Source of the DNA: Amoeboaphelidium protococcarum X5
Lineage: Eukaryota > Fungi > Aphelidiomycota
Reading direction: 5' to 3'
DNA length: 64,000 nt
Assembly (NCBI GenBank): GCA_023515725.1
Contig: JALDTO010000192.1
Location: 372,001-436,000, forward strand
Below are positions 24,081 through 37,601 of the stretch, in pieces. Made by a program: the position numbers and the translations under genes. The stretch's first letter is position 1. Each line of letters begins with the position of its first letter. The notes beneath the pieces are model-generated. The model saw nothing but the letters and a program-made list of their open reading frames with translations. It did not search any database and was not told the origin of the DNA.

Positions 24081-25250
24081 TCAAGCACCGGATGCTCCCA
24101 TCATGTCCAAAACCTTGACACCGCGCTCCATATAATCTTTACGTGACATCCAGAATCCCTCTGTTCTGTTTTTCATAATCTCACCCAACACAGCACCCCC
24201 CAAGAACACCATGTGTCTTCTTCTTGGAGGATCCTCAATTCTAATTTTGAACTTTTCCAAGCGGCTGACATCGCCCTTCAGCACACGCTACAAATACAAT
24301 TGCTTAACCTCCTTCTCCAGACGAGATGGTAGTCCGGGATACATGGAGGAACCGCCAGAGAGCACAATATGCTTATACAACTCTGAACGAATATCAATAT
24401 CCGCAGCCTGGATAGTGTTAAACAACAGTTCGGCAACACCGGGACTCTCAACATCAACCAAGTGAGGCTGGAACATTGCCTCAGGAGCCTCGAATCTCTC
24501 TGAGCCAACTTTAATCACACGACCATCAGGTAGAGTGTACTACTCCACCAGAGTCGTGGTCTCATTAGCCAGACGCTTCTCCAAATCCAAATCGTATCCA
24601 ACATAGCACAACTTCTCTTTGATCTGGCGAACAGTCTCAAAATCAGCAGTTCTGTTGAAAGCATAACCACGCAGGAGAAGCAACTTGATCAAGTACCTGG
24701 TCACATCTCTACCGGCAACATCAAGACGACGGGTCAGATGAGGTAGAGCAAAACCGTCAAACACAGGTACAATATGGGTGACACCATCTCCGCTGTCTAC
24801 AACCACACCAGTCATCAAACCTTGCGCATACAGAGTCATTACAGCTTGGATAGCAATGTAGACACCGTCAAACTGATACTTTTCAAACATTGTCTCCACC
24901 ATCTTCTCTCTGTTCTTCAGCGGATTCAATGGCGGTTCAGTGAGTAGAATCTTGCACTCTTTCGGGTCAATCTTCAATCGCTCATAGAAAGTGTGGTCCC
25001 AGACGTGCAACATATCCTCCCAGTTGCGCACAATACCATTCTCCATGGGATAGGACATTTACAGGATTGATCTCAACGCAGCAGCCTCATCACCAACCAT
25101 AATGTCCTTCACTTGGATGTCTCCAACACTCTCTTCGGCTCTGATAATAGGCCTGCCAACTACAGACGGGAAAATAGCCTCAGGGAAGTTGGTACCAGAG
25201 AATCCACACTTGACAAATCCAGTTCCATTATCACAAACAACAACTTTCAT
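24081..25250 (-). CDS. ARP2: Actin-related protein 2 (Arp2/3 complex)
   Basis: [66 protein letters not shown]; three in-frame TAR codons join the ORF fragments. Confidence 0.97.
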
Positions 25251-26044
25251 ATTGAATCTTACTCTGTCGACGACAATTATCTATAATCTCAATTATGAAA
25301 AGTAGAAATAATAATAGTCTAATAGAATCCCACTGTTCAAACAAAGTATAAGTCTCAAAGGATAGAAGCAGATACTTAAAGTTAACGCTGGCTGCCCTGA
25401 TGTCTAAACGAAATTAAATCAGGCAGAAAGAGGGACGACGGACGAACGGTCTGTCTGAATGAATGAATTGATGTGGTTGAAGCGAGAAAGGGCGATCGTT
25501 TCAATGCAGAAGGAAAATGAGGCGGCGATGCTTTTCTGATTGGTACTCTGTCATTTCCAATGCAGGTCGGAGATGAATGTTTAGACAATAATTAAAATTG
25601 ATAAATACGGTCTATGAATTATTGCACTCGTAATGATATGGAGTCTTAGAAAGTGTCTAGGATGAAAGTGGTAAATGACTACAATAGCCAAGAGACTCCT
25701 TTAAACGCGTTCACTGAGAGTTGGACTTAATAAAGCAGTGAAGACATAAATTGGCATTGCAAAGAGATAATAACAATGAAATTTGTAGATAGATATGGAC
25801 TTGTAAAGTTGAAACCAGCACCACCCAGAAGAAGCATTGTACATCAAAGGCGACCGAACCGATCAGGGGCGGTAAAATTATGGGAAAGCGCGCGCGGTTC
25901 GCAACTTTTTCGCCCCGCTAATGATGAAAGGAAGAGAAATTCACAACCCAAGTCAACCTTAAAGAGAGAAATCTCAGGATTCCTTTCTTTGCTGGGCCTA
26001 TTTGGATTCAATTTAGCGATAGAAAATATATAAATCGTTATAAA

Positions 26045-26650
26045 ATGGCATCAAACGCTGCAGTTAGAGCAAAGATTGTTAAGCCTTCCGCTTAGAAATA
26101 GGAGGTTTCTGATTTGGAATTACACGTTGCACAAGCATTGGTGGATTTGGAGAACAATGTCGCCGATTTGAAAGCTGATCTACGTGTATTGTACTTCAAC
26201 TCTGCAAGAGAGGTTGATGTCGGCAATGGAAAGAAGGGTGTTGTCATCTTTGTGCCAGTGCCTCTACTGAAATCATTCCACAAAGTGCAGTCTCGTCTTG
26301 TGCGTGAGTTGGAGAAGAAATTCAGCTCGCAGCACGTTCTGATTGTCGCTAGCCGTAAGATTATCCCAGTGCCATCGCGCAAGGCAAGTCACGTCCGTAA
26401 ACAGAAGCGTCCACGTTCTCGCACTTTGACTGCAGTGCATGACGCCATTCTGGAGGACCTGGTCTATCCAACTGAGATTGTTGGCAAGCGTATTCGTGTG
26501 CGCGTGGATGGAAGCAGAGTGATCAAGTGCTATCTCGATGCTAAAGACAAGAACTCTCTGGAGTACAAGGTGGACACATTCAGCGCCGTCTACAGAAAGC
26601 TCACTGGTAAGGAGGTTGTGTTTGATTTCCCAGTTGTGCAATCTGACTGA
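26045..26650 (+). CDS. RPS7: 40S ribosomal protein eS7
   Basis: [42 protein letters not shown]; two TAG in the N-terminal part. Confidence 0.97.
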
Positions 26651-26801
26651 TTGTGTGATCTTCACTCATGATTATCATTACTATAATAAAATTATCAAAA
26701 GATATTCAGCCATGCAATTTTATTTATTTTATTGTCGCGACTCTCAATGTGTAATCAGTAATTATGCAATTGCCGACGTCTCATCAAGTTGATATTTTAT
26801 A

Positions 26802-28364
26802 TCAAAGTATTAGCGAAAGGGTGATGCAGAAATAGTATTCTAGTGTGTGGCGATTACGCGCTACTAGGCGGACTTGACTCTGAACGGTGCCATCTGGGAG
26901 ACGTTCAGCTAGTATTTGCCCACCATCAATTGCCCATCGCCCATTGAAGAACTGAGAGATTGAAGTTGGAGGTGGAGCTTCGCTCAGGTGGGCGCGACTT
27001 GAGCCCAAATTTGGATTAAAGCGGAATGTGTTGGGATCAAAGTAATCACTATCCATGCTGAATTTGAACTTTAGCAGAGGACTGAGTACCAGCGTATTTC
27101 TGAATGAATGATTAGTAGTGCCAGGCTTCCCCGTCAAAAGTCTTGAGAAGGAGAACTTATCGCGAAGCATCTGTCTTCTCATGAACTGATTGAAGTTTGC
27201 TATCGTCTCTGCTGACAGTTGAACCGGAGGTGCATACCCATCATACGCTTGCTTTGAAGCCAGCAGATATGTCGTGTTCTCTGGCACCTGCGGCGCAAAC
27301 TGATTTGTGATTTCCACCATTGACGGTCCTCTGACATGGACCGAAGACAGGAGTTACCATTCAGCGTAACGCTGCTCCATCTCCCGCGGATAGCCAAGCA
27401 AAGGTTGGCAGTACTGCTGCTACAATAAAGAAGGGTCTTGTACGACTGGTAGTCTGATATCCATCGTATTAACAGCAAGTACAAATGGCATGTACACTGC
27501 AGAGCCTTGGCACAGATTGGTCGGATTGTCAATGTGGCCTCCATGTGCAAAATTATACAACTCCACGTCCGAGTTTAGATGTTTAATCCACAACTGAATC
27601 GCCATTATCAGCCATTTAGGTATACCCAGTTGATTCAAATCCAAGATCTTGTTCACCTCAATGCCAAACAACACATCATCAAAGGTTGGCTGCTTGATAC
27701 TTTGTAATTACTGGAATTACGCGTCTAATATCAGTTGGAAGTATTTTAGTGGCTGAGCTGGATTCTTTGGCAGAGTTGAGACATTACGATTCTCAACGTT
27801 CATCACCACATTGGCCGAGAATCCACGACTTTGGACTGTAGTGCCAGCCGGATTGTTCACTGGTAGGATATGTTATGTTGCAGGATTTGGCCCCACTGTT
27901 ACAATGCATTGGCGAGTCATTAGATCTTATCTCAGGCGGATACAATCTAAAAGTAACTTGTGAATGAAGAGGCTGAGATGTAATAGGCCGATGTGGTGGC
28001 TCACATTTTTTGCTGAGTCAGGTTTGCTTAACGGTTGATACTGCGTGTTAGTGTTCACGGCGCACTGGTTGATATTGTTTTAGAACAACCACAAGTCATA
28101 TTGAGGCACTTAAAGCCATTATAAATGGCGCTTTGGTTCGTAGCAAATTATGGGTTGTAATGCGAGCTTTGGTCCCATTGGGTTATACCTTACAGACTAC
28201 TCTGAATTCATCGATGGCTATTCTCCGTGCTTCATCAAGCTTTAATAATGTTGTCTTGGCTCTTAATTAACTATGTCTGGAGATTGGTCGGCATAAAGCA
28301 GTGTAGTACAATGTAGATTGAGTTCCTATAAATAGAATACAAGGTATCTTAGAATGCTACTCAT
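26802..28364 (-). CDS. Hypothetical protein (~520 aa; alternative start 28235)
   Basis: Continuous TGA-free frame joining ORF-track fragments 26802-27320 and 27420-27674. No family recognised. Confidence 0.7.
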
Positions 28365-28516
28365 GAATCTGATTGGCGCCAAGACCAATATCCATATATT
28401 AGCGGGAACCACACTATAAAAGCAGAGTTGGGACAGTTTAAATCTATTCCTCCTTCAAGTTTGTAATATCAAATTAAAATCTAACAATTACTGTCTAATT
28501 ACCTTCGTTTAACAAA

Positions 28517-28777
28517 ATGCAATTGATCAAGTCCTTGTTGTTGTGTGCTACCGTTGCTTTGGTTTCAGTCTCTGCGTATCTGCCCGTGTTGAAGTGCCCA
28601 ACGATCGGTCACATTGGCGAGCCAACCTTCAAGCAGGAGACCACCAGCGGCTCTGTCTGCGTGTACAAGGAAGGCTCATCCTGCAATCTGAGCCCTGCTG
28701 CGTCCTACTGTGTCATCGGCGGCGTTCAGAAGAAGGCGACTGTTGACGCTCATGGCAACGTGTCTATTTCTTACTGA
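28517..28777 (+). CDS. Small secreted cysteine-containing protein (86 aa)
   Basis: Signal-peptide-like MQLIKSLLLCATVALVSVSA, four Cys in the mature part, TATA box CTATAAAAGCA at 28414-28424. Confidence 0.8.
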   Translation: MQLIKSLLLCATVALVSVSAYLPVLKCPTIGHIGEPTFKQETTSGSVCVYKEGSSCNLSPAASYCVIGGVQKKATVDAHGNVSISY

Positions 28778-28990
28778 AATATCAACGCGTTATTGTATTG
28801 TGAATGCTGATGAAGTAATTTAAAAAAATGTTACGAAAATTCAGATTTCTCTTTATAGTTCACATTAATTAGAATTAGTAATGATCACTTATTATCGCAA
28901 AGTATCTATTGTCTCTCGGAAGATAGCACTGAGCGTTAAATGAAATCAATCAAATCCTATTACAATTTCCTTTAAAGACATATATTCAAT

Positions 28991-29713
28991 TCACACCTGC
29001 ACAGCTTTTAAGGATCCATGCAGTTGGCCTTCTTTTTCACGGACACTTTAGTTAGATGCGATTGAACGATAACTCTGAGCTGGTCCATTAGAGCGCATAG
29101 CCAAGTACGTGACATACAACCCAATGTAATAGATGAACAATACAAACCCAAATAGCTTCCACTACTCCTCATACTGCAGGAAATCCACCGACGATTTGCG
29201 AATTAATGCCAATATCCCCAGTCCAATAACCAGAAACGCAGTCAATGGTAGAACGTGTCCAGTCAACTTGTGAAACAGTTTGATCAAACCGCCACCGGTG
29301 GCGCGAGGATTATCACTTGAAACAGAAACATCCGCTTGATCACTCTACTTTTTCAATAGAGAAAATATTCCAGTTGGAACTTGAACAAATACAGTGAAAA
29401 AGAACAGCAAAAATCCAGTGATTTAATGCAAGCCGCCCAAGTGGAAATCCAGCAATGTTCCAACGGCAGCAAATACGAATGCAATCACCATCAGAATCGC
29501 AGCTCCGAGTGCGATGAATCCATGAACCAGATAAGCTCTAAGTAATGCAAATACAATTGCCAGTGGAACCACTATCAACCAGGATATTGCCATTAAAATA
29601 CCTACACATGATACACTGATTTACATATGTTCAATAAAACGCAGATTTATCTACTTACCGTGAATAATAAAGAACAGCTTTGATAAAGATTCGACTTCAA
29701 TGACGTCTTCCAT
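28991..29713 (-). CDS. Cytochrome b561-like membrane protein (intron 29602-29658)
   Basis: Four TM-associated His: IHGILMAISW, LVHGFI, GLHQITG, LFHKLTG; intron GTAAGT...TAG. Confidence 0.78.
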
Positions 29714-29940
29714 TATGATTAGATACTTTATAAGTTTTGGGAATGAGTAGTTATAGAATTTCTATGTTTAGATTGAGAGATAAGGGAAATAGTAAGCCAG
29801 AGTTAACATTATGACGATGTCTCCCTGGATGAGTCAGAGTTATGAGGATTCACGCGCAACGTTTTGTTTCAACTTGAGATATCTATCGAATGTAACTGAA
29901 ACTACTATTTAAATCAACTTCAAGCAAAGTAGCAAGACAA

Positions 29941-30696
29941 TCAAAGTTTTTATTTCAAGTTCACTTTAGAAGGATTAAAGCCATGGTATGGCAGGTTCAA
30001 GTATTGTGCCAGAGATTCAATTCTGTCACTTCCGAAAAATGCCTCAACGCGATTCTTGTCAGCTGGGCTGATAACGACGAAATAAGGCGCCCCGAACATT
30101 CCATAAGATTGCACAGCCTCAGTCGTTTCTTTGATTGAGTTTGTCTTTATATTCTTAAGTACGCGATAGCTCCATGTAGTTATTTAGACGGTCGCTTGGT
30201 ATGATGTCCTTCAACAAGTCAGAAAAATCTTTCCCGATGTCAATATCCCCAGCCCAATAACTAGTAAATAATTTGTTTGCTGCCTTAAGGTAAACTGCCA
30301 CACTCTCCTTATCCTTCATAAGTGTAAGTAGACGCATAGCGCCCAACGTATTAGTTGGAAATACAGAAGGCATCACTTTGATGGGAATGTCATTCATTCG
30401 GCCCAGTCTCTTGAGATCTTTAAACATATACTGTCCTTTCAAAGGCACAGTTGCCGGCGGCCTGTTTTCAGCAAGCTACAAATTGTCATCATTCTGTATA
30501 TAGTACTCGATACTTTAACATTCAAGTCTACCTTCATCACTCCGGAAAGATAAACAGGGACAAACTCAAATTGTACTTGGCGATTGGTCCAAATCTATAG
30601 TGAATGGTACCTGGCAATTACAGTAAACGCAATATAAGTATAAGGAGACAGTACATCAAAGTACATCTTAACCAGAGGTACACCGTTCTGCTTCAT
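29941..30696 (-). pseudogene. GSTK1: Glutathione S-transferase kappa / HCCA isomerase family, +1 frameshift near 30135 (intron 30476-30531)
   Basis: MYFDVLSPYTYIAF, NRPPATVPLKGQYMFKDL, FPTNTLGAMR. The frame hits TGA at 30119-30121, while GMFGAPYF...FFGSDRIE...QKL continues in the adjacent frame. Confidence 0.75.
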
Positions 30697-30897
30697 AATG
30701 GCAATCATTGACTTTGTATGCAGGATGCTTGGAGCTCAAATGCCTAGGAGAGACTTATCGCACACGAAAGCTGGGCTGAAACAATCGTCTCGCGCCTCTC
30801 TCTTTTTCGTTTCAAATTTTAGTCTGAAAAGCTTTTCCATCCAACTCTTTTTTGTCAGTAACGTTGTTTTGTATACGGTAGGATCAGACTAAGAGAA

Positions 30898-33276
30898 ATG
30901 GAGGAGACAAGATTGAATGATGAGATGATGGCTCTTGAAGCCGCCAATGTACATGCTATTATTCAAGTTGAAGAGTAGAGCTAGGAGATGTTTAACAAGT
31001 TGAAAGACTCATTGGAAAAGGTGTCATTGTTGGAGACTATGCTTCTGGGATTTCACACCGAGTTGTAGACTATGGGCAAAGGCATTAGGATGATTGAGTA
31101 GTAGAATAGAGGACTCTAGTCATAGAATGCTAATCAGCGATCCCTGTTGAAGTAGTTAAAGTCTATCCATGAGTCTATTGAAGTGTCGGATGATGTGATT
31201 CGGTGTATACAACACGATTCTCTGGAGACTTATGTTGGTATTACAAATTTGGAGCATGCAACGTCAGTGCTATAGTAAAAGCTTCATATGAAATTGGATC
31301 CCGTGGCAGCATCGTTACGTGCTGTGAATGAAAGAATCGGCTATTACAGTCAACTAGCTGCTCAGTTCAGTGGTAGATTGTGTGATTATATGAAGGATCA
31401 AGTTGCTTATAATGTTGATCTTTTGGTACCCGGAGATGGCGATACCATCAGTGGCAGTAATAAATCGAATAGAAAAAGATCCCAATTGTCTCCGAGCATA
31501 CCATATCATGAATCATTCATAAAGTTCCTATTCTAATACCGAAAGTTGTTGTACTGGTTGAAGGATGTGGATCCGAGACAGCACAATGATTTGCTACTGG
31601 CGTATGTGTCCATAGTCAATCGCCTGTATCGAAAGGATGTCCGTGAATATATCGATACTTTGAAAGTTTATACCAAACGCGATTTGGACGAGTAATCTGG
31701 TATGCTGTTCACTCATGGCAAAGGCGGTAGTTCTGTTTAGGTGTTTAGTCAGTAAACGTCGCCGTAGAAGAGTAAAGGTATCAGTGGTATTCTGAGACAT
31801 AAGAAGAATGCATCTACAGACTCTAATTATGCACTGTACAATAGTAGTTAGTAGATCTCTCCTGGTGATAATAATAAAAATTCTAGTCCGGAGTCAAAGA
31901 AAGGCCTGAAGAAGATTACCGAGTTTACATCTACAGCATCTGTCACTAGTTTAGCCTTTGGACACCATCATAATCACAGTGGGAGTGGACACGTTAAAGA
32001 ACCGTCAAGTGATACTACGAGCTTGGTCAATTCAGTTGTAATTCGTGAAGAAGACAAAATTAAGCCAGATGCAAGTTTTCGTAGGTGTCTCGAGTCTCTA
32101 TGTCTAGCCGTTGTTCGTGAGTAAAATGTTATAATCGAGCTATTCTCTCTTGCTGGATGTAAACCTATAGATCTGGGTTGGAAAGAAATAATAGATGAGC
32201 TGACTATACGCAAAGAGGCTTTGAAAGAGTTGAAGATAGTAAAGAAGACTGGTGAGTTAACTGGACAGATTTTCTCAGAGACAGCGGCAGATGTGCTCAG
32301 CCTGGTTGATTATGTTCTCAAGTTTGAATTTGCTCCGTTGCCAGCTATTCTCTGTATAATCGATTCCTACAGAAAGGAGTGGAGGTAGACATTCTGCCCA
32401 TTTGTGAATGATCAGCTCCTGCTATAACTCAGTGAAAGGCTGTCCTCTGTATTCGAACTATTCATTCAAGAGTAAATCAAGGCTATTGAAGACACTAAAA
32501 TATCGGTAAAGAAGAGATTTGGACTAGTTCCATTCATAGAGACTTATCCTTAGTTTGTGCGTCGTATAGAAGCGTATATGCTTCCCGAGTATAATGATTT
32601 TGATTCTAGAAAGTTACTCGATGCTGCGTATGATAAGATTGCCAAAGTCATGTTTGAACTATTGCACCAGGTTGGCCGGGATGCCAATGATGAGGAGACT
32701 AATGAACTATCAGAGGGCGTCAATCCAGCTGTAGCTGCCGATGATGATAACAAAGAGGTGCTCAACTTCCTGATCATGATGATTGAGAATATGCACCATC
32801 TATATAATGAGAGTAGAGGTATAAAACTGCAATGTCTAGACGTGCATGTCAAGTATTGTAAGTAGCAGTATGATGGTCATTTGAACACGTATACCAAGAC
32901 TGTCATTAGAAGACCATTGCATAAGCTGCTTGAATTCTATGAAGGTGTTCAAGATTTACTGAAAACTAAATCGCCTGAGGAGGTGGGCTACCACTTTGGC
33001 TATAACAGAACGGCGTTGAAGAAGATTCTGGCCTAGTATAGCGGCAAGGATTTTAAGAAGGGCCTTGATTCTCTATTTAAGCGCGTGGAGAAGCATTTTC
33101 AAGATAACTCGGGTCTTCTGCAAGTTGTATGGCGAAATGTTCAAGAGCAGTACCTCCGTTTGCATTCAGATTTTGAAGCCATGATCCTCAAGTGTTTCCC
33201 TGGCTCTGATCTGCATCTACAAGTGACTGTCAATGATCTGTGTGAATACTTTTCAGACATTGCCAAAAATCGTTGA
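30898..33276 (+). CDS. SEC3: Exocyst subunit Sec3/EXOC1 (apparently lacking the N-terminal PH domain)
   Basis: RLNDEMMALEAANVHAII...IEQQNRGLQSQNANQRSLL, IMMIENMHHLY, LFKRVEKHF...LLQVVWRNVQEQYL...KCFP. Confidence 0.9.
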
Positions 33277-33347
33277 TACACTTTAATGGAGAGACATTTA
33301 TGAATTAATAAATACGACGAGTGATTATATATTAATACCAGAATTGT

Positions 33348-34355
33348 TCAATCTTGTTCACTTTGAGCATATCCTTGTCGTAAATTAGCATCTTGCGACG
33401 ATATCCCGAGTTGTGACTGATTTGAATGACCTTGAATATCAGTCTATTCATCAATGATAACATCTTCCCTATTATCACTTGATCTTTGACCTTACTGACT
33501 ACTCTACTCTTGTTATTACTCTGATGAAGATTCTTGTTATTATTACTGTGAACTATCGTGGACAATGTCTGCAGCAGGTGGCTAGTCAATTACACCGATA
33601 TTAACGTTATTGTTATTGGTCAAAAGAGCATTCTCAAATCCCGGTAAAAGACTACCTAAAAATGCAGCAGAAGTACCCAGCCATGGATGACGTTGACCAA
33701 TCTAATTGACTCTATCAGCCAAATTATTAGGCTGCTGTTACTACTATTGTGGTTACTACTATTGGGCCTATGCTTAATTTTATCCGAATCCATTCTATCG
33801 CAACTGTTACGCATCCGGAGCATTTCGCTACTATTGTTACTAGACCGGGGGTATAGCATTATTTCCCCCATTAGCGGGACCAGATATTAAGTTTTAAAGA
33901 TACGTGATAAAGCCAACAGTATAAAGAAATCCGATAACAGACGCCACCCATATTCCAACATTACGCCATCCCGAAGTACTGCCGCTGGTAAACAAGAAGC
34001 CGACAAACCAGAACTTGAGGAAATTGTAAATCAGCTCGCCCATAAATGCAAGATTAATGCCAAAATTCAACTCAATCACACGAACTCTTGGATTCTATTG
34101 ACCAGCGACTACTGGCTGTTACTATCCAATAGGCTACTACATCTAGTTTCTATTCTAAAGCATAGCATCTCCATTATTAAACTACTGCAGGATGGAGTTT
34201 ATTCTATTCAATCTCTGGATCATCTCATCCGACTGCTCACCACGGTTCTCATCTTCGTTTAGACACACTGCGTAGGACTATCCATTTATTTTCACCACTG
34301 ATCCAACAGGTGGAAGTTCCTTAACATCCAAAGGAATAGAATTGAATTCTTTCAT
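33348..34355 (-). CDS. Q-rich membrane protein resembling the Herp/Usa1 C-terminal TM region
   Basis: FLKFWFVGFLFTSG...IWVASVIGFLYTVGFITYL and AAFLGSLLPG; polyQ built from TAA/TAG/CAR. No ubiquitin-like domain seen. Confidence 0.55.
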
Positions 34356-34600
34356 CGTTCAAAATACCTGCTATTCCTAGTTATGATAAATGCAAAGGTA
34401 AAAAAGATTAAACTCAGAACTTAAAAGCTCCAAGTTGACGTCTTTCAGAAAAGTTTAGAAAGCGCCCGATTGGGACGTGGGAGCTGTCTGTTTGCTGCAG
34501 AGACTGAAGCACGTTGAAAAGTCCCCTTAAAGAATACATTCAAGAAATTTGCAGAGTTAAAATTGCATAAAATTATATTTTCACTTACTATCATCATCAA

Positions 34601-35029
34601 TCATTCCCTGGGCGTCTTGTTTGTATGAGACATGCCAAGAAGCCTAGAGCTTCCTTCAGCATTTGAGATACATTGCCCGAGCTTGTAATTTCCCTGAACA
34701 ACCGGGAAAGATTGCTCTTAATCAATGGCAGATTCACTCTTACAATTGCCGCCATTAAAAGTCTTCACTTCATAGCGAGGTGGGTACTCCTTAGTCGCAG
34801 CTTGTGAGACCTTCACCGAGACATCATCAATATATGAACAACCGTCAAGAGTGGCAATTACAACCATATTTGGGCCCAGAGCATCGCCAGAGCAATCAGA
34901 AGAGGCGAAGCGCTGAAACACGACTTGCCACACTTCAGAGTTGGTGGTGCTGTCAAGATTGTTCGCGTTAGGCAAACCATAGGTGGACGCGATCAAAGCA
35001 GCAAAAGCAGTAGTTAGTTAGTATTTCAT
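34601..35029 (-). CDS. Small secreted 4-Cys protein, paralog A (142 aa)
   Basis: MKYQLTTAFAALIASTYG signal; VFQRFASSDCSG...GCS...TFNGGNCK...FPVVQGNYKLGQC. Confidence 0.85.
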
Positions 35030-36438
35030 ATTGTCAGATTAGTTAGGATTCTAGATAGTTTTATTACTTAATTTATAAGATTTGTTGTGGATTAAGAAGA
35101 AAGATCATCCTATATTTGTGCTTTTATAGGCGTAAATGCTGCAGCCAATGAGCTATCTGTGTAACAATGCAACCCATCGCTCTTGTTCATGAGTCAATTC
35201 AAGGCAATAGTATGTTACAGTAAAAGTCATTTGATCTAATCGTGCACATATGAATGGCACGCGTGGCGTCACGCGGTAACAGCACAAATTGTCAATTATT
35301 AGGATGTAACTTGACGACTTTCTGATCGAGCAACCGTGAAGACGCGCCATTAGGACTGGTACTTGACGGGCAGTAAGAAATCCTTAAAATACTTTGGATG
35401 AATTCAAAGAATTTGTTAAGAATAGTATAAGAGAGTGAAGTGAATATGAGATATAACAAGTATATTTACAGTTGTTTCAACTCTTATATGATAAAGAGAG
35501 AGAGAGTGAGTGACTGAAACGCGTCAACACGGTTTCAGCTCAACAGAGATAACACCTTTGAGATCATTCACTCATAATCATGATATTTTTTATCATTTTT
35601 CAACCTTAGACGATCCGTTTCAGTACACTCTCACATTTAGAACGAAAAATTAAAGGAAACTTGTGAGGTAGTGCCTTAATAAGATTATTGGTTAAAACAA
35701 CGAAGGAACTGCATTCATCACAATCTATATAGTTTATGATAATCTTATCAAAAAGAAATATGGAGTTACGAACAATGAGAAGTCATGCCAGCAATGTTTC
35801 ATGTAAAATCTGGCCCATACTGGCGCAAGTGATCAAACTAACATTGACCATGAGAACAGATTTTGTACTGTATATGCAAGCTACATTTGCCACTTTCAGT
35901 GACAAGAAGTTGGAATTAAAGCCTTACCACATGATGAAAAATAGAATAAACGAGTTTTTGCAGTATATTGCAATTTAGTATGGCTGATGTCTGTCAATCA
36001 AGGGTCGAGAAAAGTTGCATTGCCGCAAGCTTCTCTTATTACGGCCTTGGAAAAGTTTGTGGCGCATTGTGACATAGCAACTCAGTCTGTACTCACCCTT
36101 TCATTACCAACAGTATTGCCTGGACTCAGTTCCTTCAGGTACGATTCCATTTGAAATCCAGATTGAATATTTCTTCATTCACAAATTTGCGGTAGCCTCT
36201 AATCATGTCGAAACTTAAAAACTGAGGCAAATTCGCGGGTAAGATACTTAAGAAAGCATAGCCTAACAAGACAAGGTGCATGTGTTGATATTCTTTACGG
36301 TATTAGATCCTGTTTCGATCTGCGAGACTCAGAAATAGATGGGCGTTTGAGACCTTTGCTATTCTGCTCAGATGGTTTATTAAAAATAAATTCAGCGATA
36401 ATGTCATCCAAACTCTTATCACCTCTAATCATAAAGAA

Positions 36439-36855
36439 TCATTGCTTTAATTTCATGTGATAGCTAACGCCGATCAGTTTGGAACTAGAATCACCAATCG
36501 TCTTACACTAGTTTATCTTGTATGTGCCTTGTATAACAGGAGACGCGATACTTTCGGGCAAGGCGAATTTACTCTGACACCCAAAACCAGTAAATGTTTT
36601 GATTTGAAATTAAATCACAGGACCTGGAGAGCGCATGGCCTACAAAGACGTGTTTTCCAAGGAAGTGCAATCATTGACGGTGGCAGCGATAACCGAATTT
36701 CGACCAGTAGTATCTCCAGAGCAATCTGAATTGTCAAAGCTTTGAAACACGGCGTAAGAGTCACCAATAGTTGCATTCGACAGAGGCACCACAATAGATC
36801 TCCCAGAAGTTAAGGCGATCAAAGCAGCGAAAGCAGTTATCAATTTGTATTACAT
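36439..36855 (-). CDS. Small secreted 4-Cys protein, paralog B (138 aa)
   Basis: MQYKLITAFAALIALTSG; VFQSFDNSDCSG...DCT...TFTGFGCQ...PVIQGTYKINQC. Confidence 0.85.
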
Positions 36856-37601
36856 TTCTGTACGATTCAAAAGTGGATTGATTGATCGATCTTTATGCGT
36901 TATAAATTTATATTATTTAGAATTCTTTTGTTATTCTAAAGATATTATCTACTTTCTTTTAGGAAAATGGTGAACAAAGTAGAAATGAGACTACATTTAT
37001 TCTCCTGCTGACATGGGAGCAATCCAATCAACTGAATTTGTTGGAATCGACAATCTTGTTGGTGGCTGATCCTGATTGGACAGAACAACGTGGTCTGACG
37101 CGCCGCTCCGTGAGAGAGCTCATTGGACAGTTGCACGTGTGGTGCTTGGCGAAGTCATGATAAAGTCCAGATTGATTAGTGATCTATATCTTCTTTCGGT
37201 AGCTTCAAATACATTTATTGTCTAACCGACTACTACTTTCTCTTAGAATCCAACAGAATTTGCAACGCTAATCTCTAAGCTTTTCAGCCAATTAATATTC
37301 AATGCCACATCTCTAATCACTTAGTTACATCGCTGCAAATCAAGAATTACACTGCGTCTAACAAGGTGATATGAAGACCGTATTTAAATATCATAGTCAT
37401 ATGTTCGCTGCCGTGCTCATTTTAAAAAGCTGTTATGCGTAATAGTTAGGCAGGAAAGTCTGTGAAGCTAGCGTACTTCATAGAAAAAAACTGAGCACGC
37501 GGCCAATCTTGTGTGAAAAGCGCAACATGGACGGACACGGTAGATAAAAACGAAACTTTTATTTATTATTCCAAATCAACCTGAATTTCATCCTTGTTCT
37601 A

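Noticed and set aside
35736-35978. 80-aa ORF between paralogs A and B
   Set aside because: No recognisable motif or signal peptide; not supportable as a gene.
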